A DNA stretch of 64,000 nt from Rubripirellula sp. (GCA_965216875.1 OZ244207.1:1728001-1792000), one strand, 5' to 3'. Counted from the first letter of the stretch, positions 42,362 to 52,996 are shown. Numbers and translations are program-made. The notes: generated by a model not told the origin, from the sequence alone.

Positions 42362-42550
42362 ATGGTCACTACGTTGCGCGCGGCGACGTGTTTTAGTTTC
42401 GTCCTTATTGCGACGTCATTCATTGTTGGTTGCAACAAAGAAAACACAGTCGTTCAACCTACTGAAGATTTCCAGCCGACGGCGGAGCAGGCTGCTTTCG
42501 AACAGGAACAGAACGAGCTGCGTGAGCAACGAAATCAGATCGATCAATAG
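42362..42550 (+). CDS. Small lipoprotein
   Basis: Lipobox IVGC; GGAG RBS; directly upstream of the DUF1559 gene. Confidence 0.7.
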   Translation: MVTTLRAATCFSFVLIATSFIVGCNKENTVVQPTEDFQPTAEQAAFEQEQNELREQRNQIDQ

Positions 42551-42595
42551 CGTCGAACTTTATCCGCACTTTCCTTATTCCAACGGACCTTTGTC

Positions 42596-43831
42596 ATGAA
42601 GCACAAGAAACCCGTTAACGGCTTTACGCTCGTAGAGCTTCTCGTTGTGATCGCTATTATTGGCGTCTTGGTCGGACTGCTGTTGCCAGCTGTCCAGGCT
42701 GCACGTGAAGCGGCCCGTCGCATGAGTTGCAGCAACAACTTTAAGCAGATCGGCTTGGCCATTCACAACTACCACTCGGCGTACAAACAATTGCCGATGC
42801 ACCTCGGTGGTACAGGCGATGACCTGCAAGGTGCGGATCGCTATTACTTGGCGTCGGACCGTACCAATAATCGTCAGCTCAGCATTTTCGTTGGCTTGAC
42901 CCCATTCTTCGAACAACAAGCACTCTGGGAACAGATTGCTAACCCCAACACGGTTGACCTTTCTAACCCCGGTACGCCGCGTAGTCCTGCTTGGCCGCCG
43001 ATGGGGCCGACACCAACCGACGAAGACAACATCGGGCCTTCGACCAACACGCGTAACACGGCCTACCAGCCTTGGATGACGGAAATTCCAACACTTCGTT
43101 GCCCGAGCGATCCTGGACGTGGTACGCCAGCAATGGGCCGTACGAATTACGCCGCTTGCTTGGGCGATGCCAATCGCTTCCATGACGCTGGGCCTTACTC
43201 CAGCCGATTGGTGCTCGACAGCTACCGTGCTCAAGAGATTCGTGCTTCCGGACGCGGTGTCTTTGTTTCGCGAACGGAATCAAAGTTCCGCGATGTACTT
43301 GATGGTATGTCCAACACGATCATGGCGGCCGAGATCGCCACGGACTTGGGTGACCGCAACATTCGCACGCGGCCAAACAGTTCACCCAGCCCAACAGACA
43401 TTCAAGACTTGCCGACCTTCTGTCGTCCTGACATTGATCCGGAACGACCTCAGTTTTGGGCTCCCGGCGTTTCGACGTTGGTCGCCGAGAACCAATGCCG
43501 CGGTTATCGCTGGGCGAGCGGCAACGCGCCCTTTTCGATGATGAACACCATTTTGCCGCCCAACAAAGAGGTTTGCCTTGCCTTCGGCGCAACTGGGCTC
43601 GGAATTGCTCCTCCAAGCAGCCAGCATCAAGGTGGCGTTCACGTCTTGATGGCGGATGCAGCGGTGATCTTCATTTCCGATTCGATCGAAGCCGGCAACT
43701 CAGATCAGGGTACCGTTCGACGAAGCCGCACTGGCCCACGTGCTCCTGGTCAAGTCAGTCCTTATGGCTTGTGGGGCGCACTTGGCACCAAGGCGAGCAA
43801 AGAGACCATTTCCGAAGAACTCAACCAGTAG
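42596..43831 (+). CDS. DUF1559 prepilin-type protein
   Basis: [56 protein letters not shown]. Confidence 0.96.
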   Translation: MKHKKPVNGFTLVELLVVIAIIGVLVGLLLPAVQAAREAARRMSCSNNFKQIGLAIHNYHSAYKQLPMHLGGTGDDLQGADRYYLASDRTNNRQLSIFVGLTPFFEQQALWEQIANPNTVDLSNPGTPRSPAWPPMGPTPTDEDNIGPSTNTRNTAYQPWMTEIPTLRCPSDPGRGTPAMGRTNYAACLGDANRFHDAGPYSSRLVLDSYRAQEIRASGRGVFVSRTESKFRDVLDGMSNTIMAAEIATDLGDRNIRTRPNSSPSPTDIQDLPTFCRPDIDPERPQFWAPGVSTLVAENQCRGYRWASGNAPFSMMNTILPPNKEVCLAFGATGLGIAPPSSQHQGGVHVLMADAAVIFISDSIEAGNSDQGTVRRSRTGPRAPGQVSPYGLWGALGTKASKETISEELNQ

Positions 43832-43850
43832 TCTTCGTTGCAAAAAGAGT

Positions 43851-43882
43851 AAAACGGCGGCCCTCATGGCCGCCGTTTTTTT
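43851..43882 (+). terminator. Rho-independent terminator
   Basis: AAAACGGCGGCC-CTCAT-GGCCGCCGTTTTTT. Confidence 0.85.
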
Positions 43883-43980
43883 GTGTCCCCATTGAACGAT
43901 TGCTTGTGCGATGGCGGGTGAAATGTCTCGCCGCCCATCACCAAGTGACTCGCCTTTCTCGCTCCATAGGATCTCGATCG

Positions 43981-44496
43981 ATGACCGCTCGACTATTTGC
44001 CGCTTCCTACCTAGCGTTGGTTTCTATCAGCTTCCTCGCCGCCGACGAGATTAAGGTTGGGCAAGCGGCACCTGATTTCGAGGTGACAGGCATCGACGGC
44101 AAGAGCTTCAAACTCTCCGACAAAACGAAAGCGGGCAAGCACGTGGCATTGATGTTTAGCCGCGCTCACTGGTGACCCCATTGCATGAGGCAACTGGTCG
44201 AGTTGCAACGACATGCCGATGAATTCAAAGCACTCGGAGCTGAGCTGGTCTTTGTCTTCCGCGAAGAGGCCGATGGAGTCGATGGGCTTACGAAGATTCG
44301 AGAACGTAGCAAAACGAAGTTCACTCTCGCATTCGAACCCGGCAAGAAATCAACCAAGTTGTACAGCCCGAAGCGGATGACGTTCGACAACTATGTGATT
44401 GACGCTTCAGGTAACGTGCGAGCGATCATCGATGGCACGCTACGCGATCGAGCCACGGCCGCAGAACTCCTCAAGGCGCTGAAGTCCATCGAGTAG
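43981..44496 (+). CDS. AhpC/TSA-like redoxin, probable selenoprotein (UxxC; TGA at 44173-44175)
   Basis: Signal peptide, VGQAAPDF, LMFSRAHW-TGA-PHCMRQLVELQ continuing in frame to 44496; hairpin just downstream. Confidence 0.82.
44183..44216 (+). promoter_or_regulatory. Candidate bacterial SECIS hairpin
   Basis: GCATG-AG-GCAACT-GGTCG-AGTTGC-AACGA-CATGC; G-first apical loop 20 nt after the TGA. Confidence 0.65.
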
Positions 44497-44506
44497 ACAT
44501 GCTGTG

Positions 44507-46021
44507 TCAGGACCGAGCCGCAGAGGCATCCAGCTCGGCGGCGTCAAAAAGATTCTTCTGTCGCCGATTTTGGTAGGCGGCAATGATGCGATCGCCACCC
44601 ACGATCGCGACAACCATCGCCAATGCGAACGAAGCTGCTAAACCGTGGCCTGGGCCAACGGCTGGAGCGATGACGCCAATCAAACCGGCGATGATCGTAT
44701 TGGGGACCAAGGCACAGATGAAGACGAAATAGGCGATCGCGAGTTGATTGATGCTATTGCGCACCAGCGCCCATGGGATCCAAAGGAATCGGATTCCAAC
44801 CCCAATCGCAATGCCGCTTGCGATGGCGACGAGAACGTCCTCGCTTGGTTTGGAAAGCCAGATCATTAGCGCCCCGGACGGAAACACGATCAGTGACATG
44901 AGGAACAGGTCATCAGCGACGCCACGTAGGCTGATGCGCATCAAGGCACTGAAGTTGACAAGCCCCGTGTTCATCAATGTCACGCCCTTGGTCATTGCAT
45001 AGGTCGATGTAAAGCCGACGATAAAGCAGGCGTTTGCGAATTGAAGCGGACGGGGAATGTTTGCGAGTACGTTCATTGCATCCGTTGCGGTCATGGCCAG
45101 GGTCAAGAAGAGGGCGGCCGCAACCGCGAACCATCGACATCGGCGCCATTGGGACGCTGGCAAAAACTCAGAAGGTTTGGGCGTTCTGATCTCGCGTCGG
45201 ATCCGCCTTCGCAACGGTTCAACTTGCTGCTCGTTTTGGCAGTCTTTTTGCTGTGGGTTCACGAAGTTCAAGTTGCCCAGGATGGGCTGATCACGGTCAG
45301 GCAGATTTCGCCGCGCCTCTGAGAGACGTCGCAGATAGAGAGGCGATGGTCGGACACACCGTACCGCGAGAAGTTTCGAGGAGAGCACGGCGATGCCTAG
45401 CGGCAGGCGCGCGTCGCCTGTCAATTCGATCAGCCACGTTGGGACGGCTGCCAATAGAACGGACGGAGTCGCGACAAAGACGGCGAAATGAAAGTCGCCA
45501 ATCAGCGGCAGACCATGGAGCGCAACAAAGAGTAGGGAGATTTCCACCCAGAAGAAAACAACGAACACTCGGCTCAGCCGTCCACTGCGCACAAGCGCCC
45601 ATCGTCCGACCGACAACGCAATGCCAATCATCATCCATTGCCACACGAGGTTTGCCAGGACGGTCAACAATGGTGCTCGCGACGCCAGGGCCAAGCACGC
45701 GATCGCAGCGACCAACACCACGGCGCACACCCCATAGCTGCGCTGGCGATTGACGATCTCTCGGACCAGATCACTGTGGCGGACGGGGATATTCAACTGC
45801 AATCGGCGCATCCGCGTTTGCGTCGGCACAACAGCCGGTCCGACGACCATCAACGTCAACGCCTGGATGATGACGCCACCAATACTTGCCAACGCTTCGA
45901 TTGGACGAGCGATCGGATCTTTGGCGACCAACCAGAGCAAAAAGCCAAAGAACGCCGCCAGGAAAATGCCAACCACGGCGATCGCCAGACGATCGGCTTG
46001 CGATGATTCCTTTCGCGTCAC
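44507..46021 (-). CDS. Polytopic membrane protein, putative ABC permease
   Basis: Many TM helices; 4-bp overlap with the ABC ATPase gene. Confidence 0.7.
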   Translation of the reverse strand: MTRKESSQADRLAIAVVGIFLAAFFGFLLWLVAKDPIARPIEALASIGGVIIQALTLMVVGPAVVPTQTRMRRLQLNIPVRHSDLVREIVNRQRSYGVCAVVLVAAIACLALASRAPLLTVLANLVWQWMMIGIALSVGRWALVRSGRLSRVFVVFFWVEISLLFVALHGLPLIGDFHFAVFVATPSVLLAAVPTWLIELTGDARLPLGIAVLSSKLLAVRCVRPSPLYLRRLSEARRNLPDRDQPILGNLNFVNPQQKDCQNEQQVEPLRRRIRREIRTPKPSEFLPASQWRRCRWFAVAAALFLTLAMTATDAMNVLANIPRPLQFANACFIVGFTSTYAMTKGVTLMNTGLVNFSALMRISLRGVADDLFLMSLIVFPSGALMIWLSKPSEDVLVAIASGIAIGVGIRFLWIPWALVRNSINQLAIAYFVFICALVPNTIIAGLIGVIAPAVGPGHGLAASFALAMVVAIVGGDRIIAAYQNRRQKNLFDAAELDASAARS

Positions 46022-46788
46022 CGTAAGGCGTCCTCTTGCGCGACGGCAGCGGTCAACCCGCGAACGATGGCCGCCAGTTGTTCGTCACGCATGTCGACGC
46101 GATCGACAATTCCGTGGGCCGGACCGTCATAAGCCAGGTGAGTGTCATGAATCACAAGCACTTGGTCTGCAAGTCGCGCCGCATGTGCAGGCCACTGACT
46201 TGTGAAGACAACCGTGCCACCCCGCGCGACCTGCTTGCCTATCTGGTCTTCAAGCACTTCGATTCCTTGAGCGTCGAGGCCCCATTGGTGCGGTTCATCA
46301 AGAAACCAAATCGGCGGCGCGACGACGAATAGTGTCGCGAGCCAAAGTTTCATCGCCTCCCCACGCGAGAAACGTTCCTTGTTGCTGGTCTTGGCCGCTA
46401 AACGAAAATGGTCCAGCCACTTCTCCACCTCGTCCTCAACGCCAACCTCATCGCGACCGTACATGGACAGCACGCGGCCGACATGTTTTGCCGCCGATTG
46501 TGTGACGAGCGGCAAATCGGGCTCGAGAAACATGAACTGCTTGCGAAGACCAAAGGTGCCCAAACGTATTTTTCGGCCGTCGTATTGGACCGATCCTTCG
46601 GTGGGCCGCAGGTTCCCCGCGATGGCTTTCAAGAGCGTGGTTTTGCCGGCGCCGTTTGCGCCGAGGATGCAAACGCTGGTTCCCGGATCGATCGTGGTCG
46701 AGATCTCGTGCAGTACCCAGTGGGTCGAAAAGATCCGCCCAAAACGATCAAGTTCAATCTTCACCAACAACTCCCTGTTTCTGTCCAT
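46018..46788 (-). CDS. ABC transporter ATP-binding protein
   Basis: GANGAGKTT, FSRGE signature variant, WFLDEP. Confidence 0.88.
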   Translation of the reverse strand: MDRNRELLVKIELDRFGRIFSTHWVLHEISTTIDPGTSVCILGANGAGKTTLLKAIAGNLRPTEGSVQYDGRKIRLGTFGLRKQFMFLEPDLPLVTQSAAKHVGRVLSMYGRDEVGVEDEVEKWLDHFRLAAKTSNKERFSRGEAMKLWLATLFVVAPPIWFLDEPHQWGLDAQGIEVLEDQIGKQVARGGTVVFTSQWPAHAARLADQVLVIHDTHLAYDGPAHGIVDRVDMRDEQLAAIVRGLTAAVAQEDALR

Positions 46789-46935
46789 CTGTTGGGCACA
46801 AAACAGTCAGGCCTTGGGCGCGCAGGGACGCATTGATTTTGCAACGGTCTGCTCTTGAAATGTGGGTTGATGCCGACACCATTGTGCACGACATTGTCCG
46901 CCCATTCTTTTCGCCTCGTTCCCATCACCCTACGC

Positions 46936-48075
46936 ATGCCCGCAACCGAGAAGACACCGTCGTTCAGTTTGAAGGATGAACTATTCAATCGCGAACGGAT
47001 CAAGTTCCTTGCATCCTGCTTCGGCGGAAGTGATGCAAGTTTCGACGAAGCACGGTTTGTGCGCACTTCGATGAAAGGCCTCAAGGCTCTCGAATTGAAA
47101 CAGCGGATCGTCCACATCTCGAAGTGCCTTGACGGGCAACTTGATGATCGTTTTCCAGTGGCGGCCAAACAAATCGTTGCCGCTCTTCCGGCGCCACTCG
47201 ATCCAACCAAGTCAGATGACGACTTTGGGGATTTCATTATCGCACCGCTCGGTGATTACGTGGTCCGCCATGGGCTAACGAAGAAGCACCTGGCAACTTC
47301 GCTGCGGACACTCAAGCAATTGACGATGCGTTTCTCGATGGAAGATGCAATTCGCTACTTCATCAACGCGTTCCCCAGCGAGACGCTCGAGACGCTTGGG
47401 AAATGGTCACGCGACAAGAACTATCACGTTCACCGGTTGGTAAGTGAAGGCACGCGTCCCAAGCTGCCTTGGTCGGGTCGAGTTTCAATCGACCCCGCCG
47501 TGCCCTTGCCGCTGTTGGACACGCTACACAGCGACCCGACACGTTACGTCACGCGATCAGTGGCCAACCACTTGAATGACATCGCCAAAGACGATCCGGC
47601 CACGGTCATCAAAACGCTTCGTGGATGGAAACAGGCGAAACGGCAGGATGCGGTGGAATTGCAGTGGATGACCGGGCACGCACTCCGGACCCTTGTGAAA
47701 CGCGGCGATCGTGATGCTTTGAAGCTGCTGGGGTTTCGTGACAATCCCAAGATCTCGGTTAGCAATTTCTCGCTTGCGCCCGCGTCGGTCCGGCCGGGAG
47801 AGGCGATCGAATTTGAATTTGACATCAGCGCGCAGCGCAATGAATCGCTGCTCATTGATTACCAAGTCTTTTTTGTGAAGGCCAACGGCACGTTGGCGCC
47901 CAAAGTCCACAAGCTGCGGACGCTCGAACTGGGCAAGGGCGACACCGTGACTGTCAAAAAGCGGCATCCTTTTCGGGCAAACGCGACGACCTACACGCTC
48001 TATCCCGGCACACACAAGATCGTATTGCAGATCAACGGCAAAGCATTTGGCGAGTTGGCGTTTGAGATGACTTGA
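46936..48075 (+). CDS. DNA alkylation repair HEAT-repeat protein (AlkC-like)
   Basis: RLVSEGTRPKLPW, DPTRYVTRSVANHLNDIAK, C-terminal YPGTHKIVLQING. Confidence 0.85.
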   Translation: MPATEKTPSFSLKDELFNRERIKFLASCFGGSDASFDEARFVRTSMKGLKALELKQRIVHISKCLDGQLDDRFPVAAKQIVAALPAPLDPTKSDDDFGDFIIAPLGDYVVRHGLTKKHLATSLRTLKQLTMRFSMEDAIRYFINAFPSETLETLGKWSRDKNYHVHRLVSEGTRPKLPWSGRVSIDPAVPLPLLDTLHSDPTRYVTRSVANHLNDIAKDDPATVIKTLRGWKQAKRQDAVELQWMTGHALRTLVKRGDRDALKLLGFRDNPKISVSNFSLAPASVRPGEAIEFEFDISAQRNESLLIDYQVFFVKANGTLAPKVHKLRTLELGKGDTVTVKKRHPFRANATTYTLYPGTHKIVLQINGKAFGELAFEMT

Positions 48076-48172
48076 TCGAGTTGTGACGGGGCGTTTGCTT
48101 CATCAGTGTGCGTTTCACTACAATTCGGCCTGTCACTCTTCGATAAACACCACTTTTGTTCATGCTCGAACC

Positions 48173-48370
48173 ATGCTCGATCCTTCAATCAGTCACGTTT
48201 TGGTTCGAGCAATTCAATATGGGCTGTGTGGCATGGTCGTCGCCCTGGCCATGCGTGCGATCCATCGCGATCAAAAAGAGCCGAGCCTCGGTCAGTCGGC
48301 GGCGGTCGGATTCTTGATTGGCGCCAGCTGGGGCGCCTTTGTCGGGATCTTTCAAGCGTTGACCAAGTGA
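48173..48370 (+). CDS. Small two-TM hypothetical protein
   Basis: Two hydrophobic helices. Confidence 0.45.
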   Translation: MLDPSISHVLVRAIQYGLCGMVVALAMRAIHRDQKEPSLGQSAAVGFLIGASWGAFVGIFQALTK

Positions 48371-48391
48371 ATGATTGGTCGCGGCTCGATC

Positions 48392-49093
48392 TTATTGCTG
48401 GTTCAGATCGATTAAGCCTTCCCCGGCCAGACGCACCGATTGCATTTGCACCGTCAGCACACGGTCGCGAGCGGCTTCGCGGCGAGCAAGATCCTCTTCG
48501 AGCTCGACGATGCGTTGTTTGATGCGGTTGAGCTCCTTGCGTCGGTTTTGAATCGATTCGTCGTAGCGTTTTTGGAATGCTTCTTGAACGTAAAGCATCA
48601 GTGTTGCTTTGACGTCCTGGTCTTTCGCTTCTCGCAGTTTGCGAATCGCTTGCTTGAGTCCCCGGCGAAATTGAGATTCGGCAGCCGAACTTGGCATCCC
48701 TCCCATCATCCCGGGCCCGCCCATCTCCATGCCCATCTCCATTTCCATGCCGTAGCCTTCGGCACCCATGCCGCCATCATCGTAGGTATCTTCGCCCATC
48801 ATCATGCCCATCATGTCCATTCCGCCCATCATTGCCTCGGACGGTTGCGGCTTGAAGGGATTGGGAACCTTCGGATTGGGAATGTTTTGATTCGTTTTGG
48901 GAGCTTGGTTTGCGTTGGCAGGCGCAGCATCGTAGACAGCGACCCCAAACTCGTCGGCGGCGATTGCGGCCTCGCCGAATTCTGCTCCGAAGCCAGGTGT
49001 CGATGCGCTACCGGGTTGCGTTCCGATCGATTGTGATTGGGCCGTCGCAAGCGGTACGACGACAAAGACGAGAAGGAAAAGGTGTCGAGTCAT
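48392..49093 (-). CDS. Secreted hypothetical protein with Met/Gly-rich segment and coiled coil
   Basis: Signal peptide; MMGGMDMMGMMMG; co-oriented downstream of the kinase. Confidence 0.75.
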   Translation of the reverse strand: MTRHLFLLVFVVVPLATAQSQSIGTQPGSASTPGFGAEFGEAAIAADEFGVAVYDAAPANANQAPKTNQNIPNPKVPNPFKPQPSEAMMGGMDMMGMMMGEDTYDDGGMGAEGYGMEMEMGMEMGGPGMMGGMPSSAAESQFRRGLKQAIRKLREAKDQDVKATLMLYVQEAFQKRYDESIQNRRKELNRIKQRIVELEEDLARREAARDRVLTVQMQSVRLAGEGLIDLNQQ

Positions 49094-49120
49094 GGTTCCC
49101 ACCGTTTGAGAGAAAAGGGT

Positions 49121-50677
49121 TTAGTTTTGGAGCACGAACGGACTTGGCGTCGACTCGAGTCGTTTGACGGACCGTTGAAGACGAAGAAGTTCGGTGTCGA
49201 AGCTAGTGAAATCAGGTTCCGAGACCACAAACGGGGCATCATTGACGTTCAGCCCGTCGATTCGGTTGCGGAGGTTTGCGGCTTCCTGTCGAAGTCGCGG
49301 GAAGGCTGATCGCAAGTCGAGACGGTTCGGTTGCACGCCGACTTGGTGTAGCGACTGATCAATGCGGCGGACGTCTTGCCTGAATTGGGCTTCGCCCGCA
49401 CCACTGCTGGTTGCGAGTTGGATCGAAACGCGATCGGCGTATTGTTCAAGCTGCTTCGAGTTCGAACGGCCGGCCTCGGAAGCGGAAGGACCACGGAAAC
49501 CTTGGCTCATTGAGATTCCTGCGATCGCAATCAGTAGGGTCCCGGCAATGGCCACAGCCGTTTTTCGCCAACGCGGGTGATGGAAGAAACGCACACTCTT
49601 TCCCTGTTCGTGTTCACGAATGGAGCGGGCAATTTGGTCGCTGACATCTTGGCAATCTTTCGGCCTTCGGTCGGGCGATTTGGACAATAGCCGGCGCACG
49701 AGAGAGACAAAGCTCGGCGGGAGGTCGGTGCGGTGATCCTGCAGCGGTTTCGCCGGTGCGTTGGCCACGGCGTGCAGCACGGCAAGCGTGCTGTCAGCGT
49801 CGAAGGGGGCTTTGCCAGTGGAAAGGAAGTAGAGCAACGCGCCGAGACTGAAGAGGTCGCTGCGATGGTCCACCGAGTCGCCGCGGATTTGTTCGGGACT
49901 CATGTAGTGGGGCGTCCCCGCGATCACACCCGTGCGAGTCAACATGGTGCTATCGGCTGCTTGTGCGAGACCAAAATCGGTGATCCATACCCGTTCGATG
50001 TTTTCACCGACCAAGACATTGCCCGGCTTGATGTCTCGATGAACGAGCCCGCGGCGATGGGCTGCGGCCAGTCCTTCGGCAAGTTGACCCGCAACACGCA
50101 AGATGGTTGAAACATCGGGATGGCCATTCCGTTGCACCCAGCGGTCAAGCGTTAGACCAGGGACGTAGCGCATGACCAAGTAGGGGAGGTTTGCCGTTGC
50201 TTCGACGTTGTAGATCGGGATCACGTTGTCATGCGAAACGCTCGCGGCCGCTTTGGCCTCGCGGGCGAAGCGACGACGCGCCGATTCCGAAGCCGCCCAA
50301 CAAGGGGCCATGACCTTGATCGCAACCGTGCGGTGAAGGTCGACGTCGTGGCCACGAAGCACGATGCCCATCCCACCATTGCCGATCACTCCTTCGACGT
50401 CGTACTTGCCGATGCGGCCAAGCATTTCGGGATGAGACGGCTCGTCAAGGAAACTCAAATCAATCGGAAGCGGGATCGGCTGATCCACGTCGGTGTCCTC
50501 GTCACCCGACAACCACGTACGAGCCTCTTGCCACCAATCAGGTTGGCCACCGATTTCAGCAAGCGCGTCTCGGCACTGCGGGCAATGCTCGAGGTGATCG
50601 GCAATGGCATCACATTCGCTGCCAGGGTCTTTCCCTTGAGTGACCAATTGCGTTAGAGCGGCGACATCGCACTTCAT
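49121..50677 (-). CDS. Membrane Ser/Thr protein kinase with N-terminal zinc-finger (HxxxCxxC-like)
   Basis: HLEHCPQC; IGNGGMG, VAIK, HRDIKPGN, DFG, GTPHYMSPE; TM helix; ATGA overlap with the sigma gene. Confidence 0.94.
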   Translation of the reverse strand: MKCDVAALTQLVTQGKDPGSECDAIADHLEHCPQCRDALAEIGGQPDWWQEARTWLSGDEDTDVDQPIPLPIDLSFLDEPSHPEMLGRIGKYDVEGVIGNGGMGIVLRGHDVDLHRTVAIKVMAPCWAASESARRRFAREAKAAASVSHDNVIPIYNVEATANLPYLVMRYVPGLTLDRWVQRNGHPDVSTILRVAGQLAEGLAAAHRRGLVHRDIKPGNVLVGENIERVWITDFGLAQAADSTMLTRTGVIAGTPHYMSPEQIRGDSVDHRSDLFSLGALLYFLSTGKAPFDADSTLAVLHAVANAPAKPLQDHRTDLPPSFVSLVRRLLSKSPDRRPKDCQDVSDQIARSIREHEQGKSVRFFHHPRWRKTAVAIAGTLLIAIAGISMSQGFRGPSASEAGRSNSKQLEQYADRVSIQLATSSGAGEAQFRQDVRRIDQSLHQVGVQPNRLDLRSAFPRLRQEAANLRNRIDGLNVNDAPFVVSEPDFTSFDTELLRLQRSVKRLESTPSPFVLQN

Positions 50678-51309
50678 GAATCGCTCCTTGAATCGGTTGT
50701 CGGCGCACTCGACTCGGACTCCGTCCCAATCCAAGCCTGCACTTCTTTTCGTAAACGCGACATCACACGGCTTCGCGCGACGTACACCATGCCTTCTCGC
50801 CAGCCGAGAGTCTTTGCGACGTCTTGTGTGGACTGGCCTTCCACTGCCGTCATGTGAAACGCGTCCCAAGTTCTCGGCTGCACTTGCGATTGCACACGTT
50901 TGGCCGCCCAGCGGTAGACCTGTTGCTTCTGTTCAAAATCCCAGACGCTCTCCGAGGAACAGGGCGACGCTTGCTGATCGAGCCATTGATGAACGTCGCT
51001 GTCGCCGCTGCCTCGCTGTCGGAAACCGCGACTGGAAAGATGGTCGGCGAGCCTCCGTCGTGCGATGGTGGCGAGCCAACCGCGAAACGCGCCCTCGTGT
51101 TCGCGCTCGAAGCGGCCTACCGATTTTGAGACGGCGATGAGCGTCTCTTGCACGATTTCGCTGGCGTCGGAGTCTTGCAATCCCCACCGTCGTGCCAGTT
51201 GCAACAACATCGGTTGGTAGATTTCCAGAAACTCGGCCCAGGCTAATTCATCAACGGGGTCACCCAACCGAAGGATCAGGCTGTCGCGAGTATCAGGGTT
51301 TATGGCCAA
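50674..51309 (-). CDS. ECF RNA polymerase sigma factor
   Basis: TRDSLILRL, AWAEF, DASEIVQE, FRGWL, VYVARSRV. Confidence 0.92.
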   Translation of the reverse strand: MAINPDTRDSLILRLGDPVDELAWAEFLEIYQPMLLQLARRWGLQDSDASEIVQETLIAVSKSVGRFEREHEGAFRGWLATIARRRLADHLSSRGFRQRGSGDSDVHQWLDQQASPCSSESVWDFEQKQQVYRWAAKRVQSQVQPRTWDAFHMTAVEGQSTQDVAKTLGWREGMVYVARSRVMSRLRKEVQAWIGTESESSAPTTDSRSDS

Positions 51310-51519
51310 AGTTCACCTCCGCCAAGTTCTTCCGGGCGCTGAGAGTTCATCCGACTGATTTCGACAATCTTGCACGCCAAGCCTTCATTTTGACGAAAAA
51401 GTCGCGAACGGTCTTCGTTCGTAGTCCCAGCCATAGCCGAAATCTCGAGTCTTCGTTCGTAGTACCGGCTTCAGCCGGAATCTTCCGCACGCTCCGCTAG
51501 AAGCCGGGCGACAAACCGT

Positions 51520-52659
51520 TTACCGCTCATCGCGATTTCCGCTCAATTGGTCGGCGATTTTTCCGGCTAGGTATTCTGCGTCTCGCCCGACACCGTAAAG
51601 CAAGTGAGACCCGACGCTGTGCTGGAACTTGAGGCCAAGGAAATAGAGTCCCTTTCGCGCCGTGACGCCGCGCTGATGTCGCGGTTGCCCAAGTAGCGGT
51701 CGCTCGTCATCAAACACGTCACTGCGACGCTCGATTTGGATCCAGTCATAGCGAGGACGAAAGCCGGTGCACCAGATGATTTGCAGGTCATCCAACGGGA
51801 TCTTGTTTCCACATTTTGCGACCAGGTGATTGTCGTTTTGTCCCTCAATGCGCTCAGTCAGACGCACGCCGAACTGCTTTGCGAGTGCCTCGGGTGATGG
51901 AGCCATTGCAATGTCACCCCGGCTGGGATCAAACCCCAGTCGTTTCCAAAGTAGGGAACCACGCCGCACATTGAAGACGCCGGTGATCCGCGAAAGAACA
52001 CCGATCGGTATTCCCGCAACGCGCCATGGCAGCACTTTGTTTCCGCTCGTTGCCAACCAAACGTTCTCGAAGCGGTTGGAACGAACGAGGTCTTCGCAAA
52101 TCTGAATCCCGCTACTGCCGCTACCAACGACCATCACATTGCGAGCTTCGATTTGGTGAGCGTTTCGGAATTGAGACGAGTGAAGCTGTAGCGTCTGCGA
52201 AGGAAGGTCGTTTGCGAACGTAGGAATCTTGGGATGCGAAGCAATTCCCGTGCAGGCGACGACGGCGCGAACATGAAAAACGCCCGCTGTTGTTTCGCAC
52301 TTCCAGCCATCGTCTGATTCGGTGACGCGATGAACATTCACTCCTTCCCGAATGGGAAAACTGCCGCCAGCGAGATAGCGATCGAGATAGTTGAGCACTG
52401 CTTTGCGATCGGCAATGTCGTACCAACGTTGGTCCGGTGCAAAACGGGCATCGCAGCCCGCGAGTTGGTTCATCCAGTTCGCCGTGTTCATTCGGAATGA
52501 ATCCCAACGACCGTGCCATGCACTGAATGCACGATCTCGCTCCAACACCGCGTGATCGATCCCGGCTCGGCTCAGGAAATGGCTCAGCGAAAGTCCCGCT
52601 TGCCCGCCGCCCACGATCGCGACGTCATGACGGTGTTCAACGATATCTGAATCACTCAC
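51520..52659 (-). CDS. Flavin-containing monooxygenase / FAD-NAD(P)H oxidoreductase
   Basis: GGGQAG, WDSF, LHSSQF, GSGSSG, WCTGF, GLYFLG. Confidence 0.88.
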   Translation of the reverse strand: MSDSDIVEHRHDVAIVGGGQAGLSLSHFLSRAGIDHAVLERDRAFSAWHGRWDSFRMNTANWMNQLAGCDARFAPDQRWYDIADRKAVLNYLDRYLAGGSFPIREGVNVHRVTESDDGWKCETTAGVFHVRAVVACTGIASHPKIPTFANDLPSQTLQLHSSQFRNAHQIEARNVMVVGSGSSGIQICEDLVRSNRFENVWLATSGNKVLPWRVAGIPIGVLSRITGVFNVRRGSLLWKRLGFDPSRGDIAMAPSPEALAKQFGVRLTERIEGQNDNHLVAKCGNKIPLDDLQIIWCTGFRPRYDWIQIERRSDVFDDERPLLGQPRHQRGVTARKGLYFLGLKFQHSVGSHLLYGVGRDAEYLAGKIADQLSGNRDER

Positions 52660-52996
52660 GGTTGCTTCGGCGCGGCTTGGATAGGGAACTCATCGCGACC
52701 AAATGATGGGAAAGAACCCGATTTGTCCTTCATCATCAGCATGCGGTTGAGCGGCCCATTTGCAAGGAGGCGTATGCCCCACCAGGAGGGTTCTAGTGCG
52801 GAAATCGAACATTTTCCGGACAAATCGGAGGTGATTCTTTGCTTGCGCCTGCATTCAGCTTGAAGGCGCTAATTCACGTCACAATAATCATTTCTTAACA
52901 AACCACGACCTTTTCAAGACATTCTAGCCACCGAGTTACGTGGGTTTGTTCAACCTCGGTTGGCGATGACGTGCATTGATCTTCCCCTCCGGATTT

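Noticed and set aside
43456..43980. Long N-terminal extension of the 239-aa ORF
   Set aside because: Overlaps the DUF1559 gene in another frame and crosses its terminator; ATG 43981 with AGGA RBS and a signal peptide is the better start.
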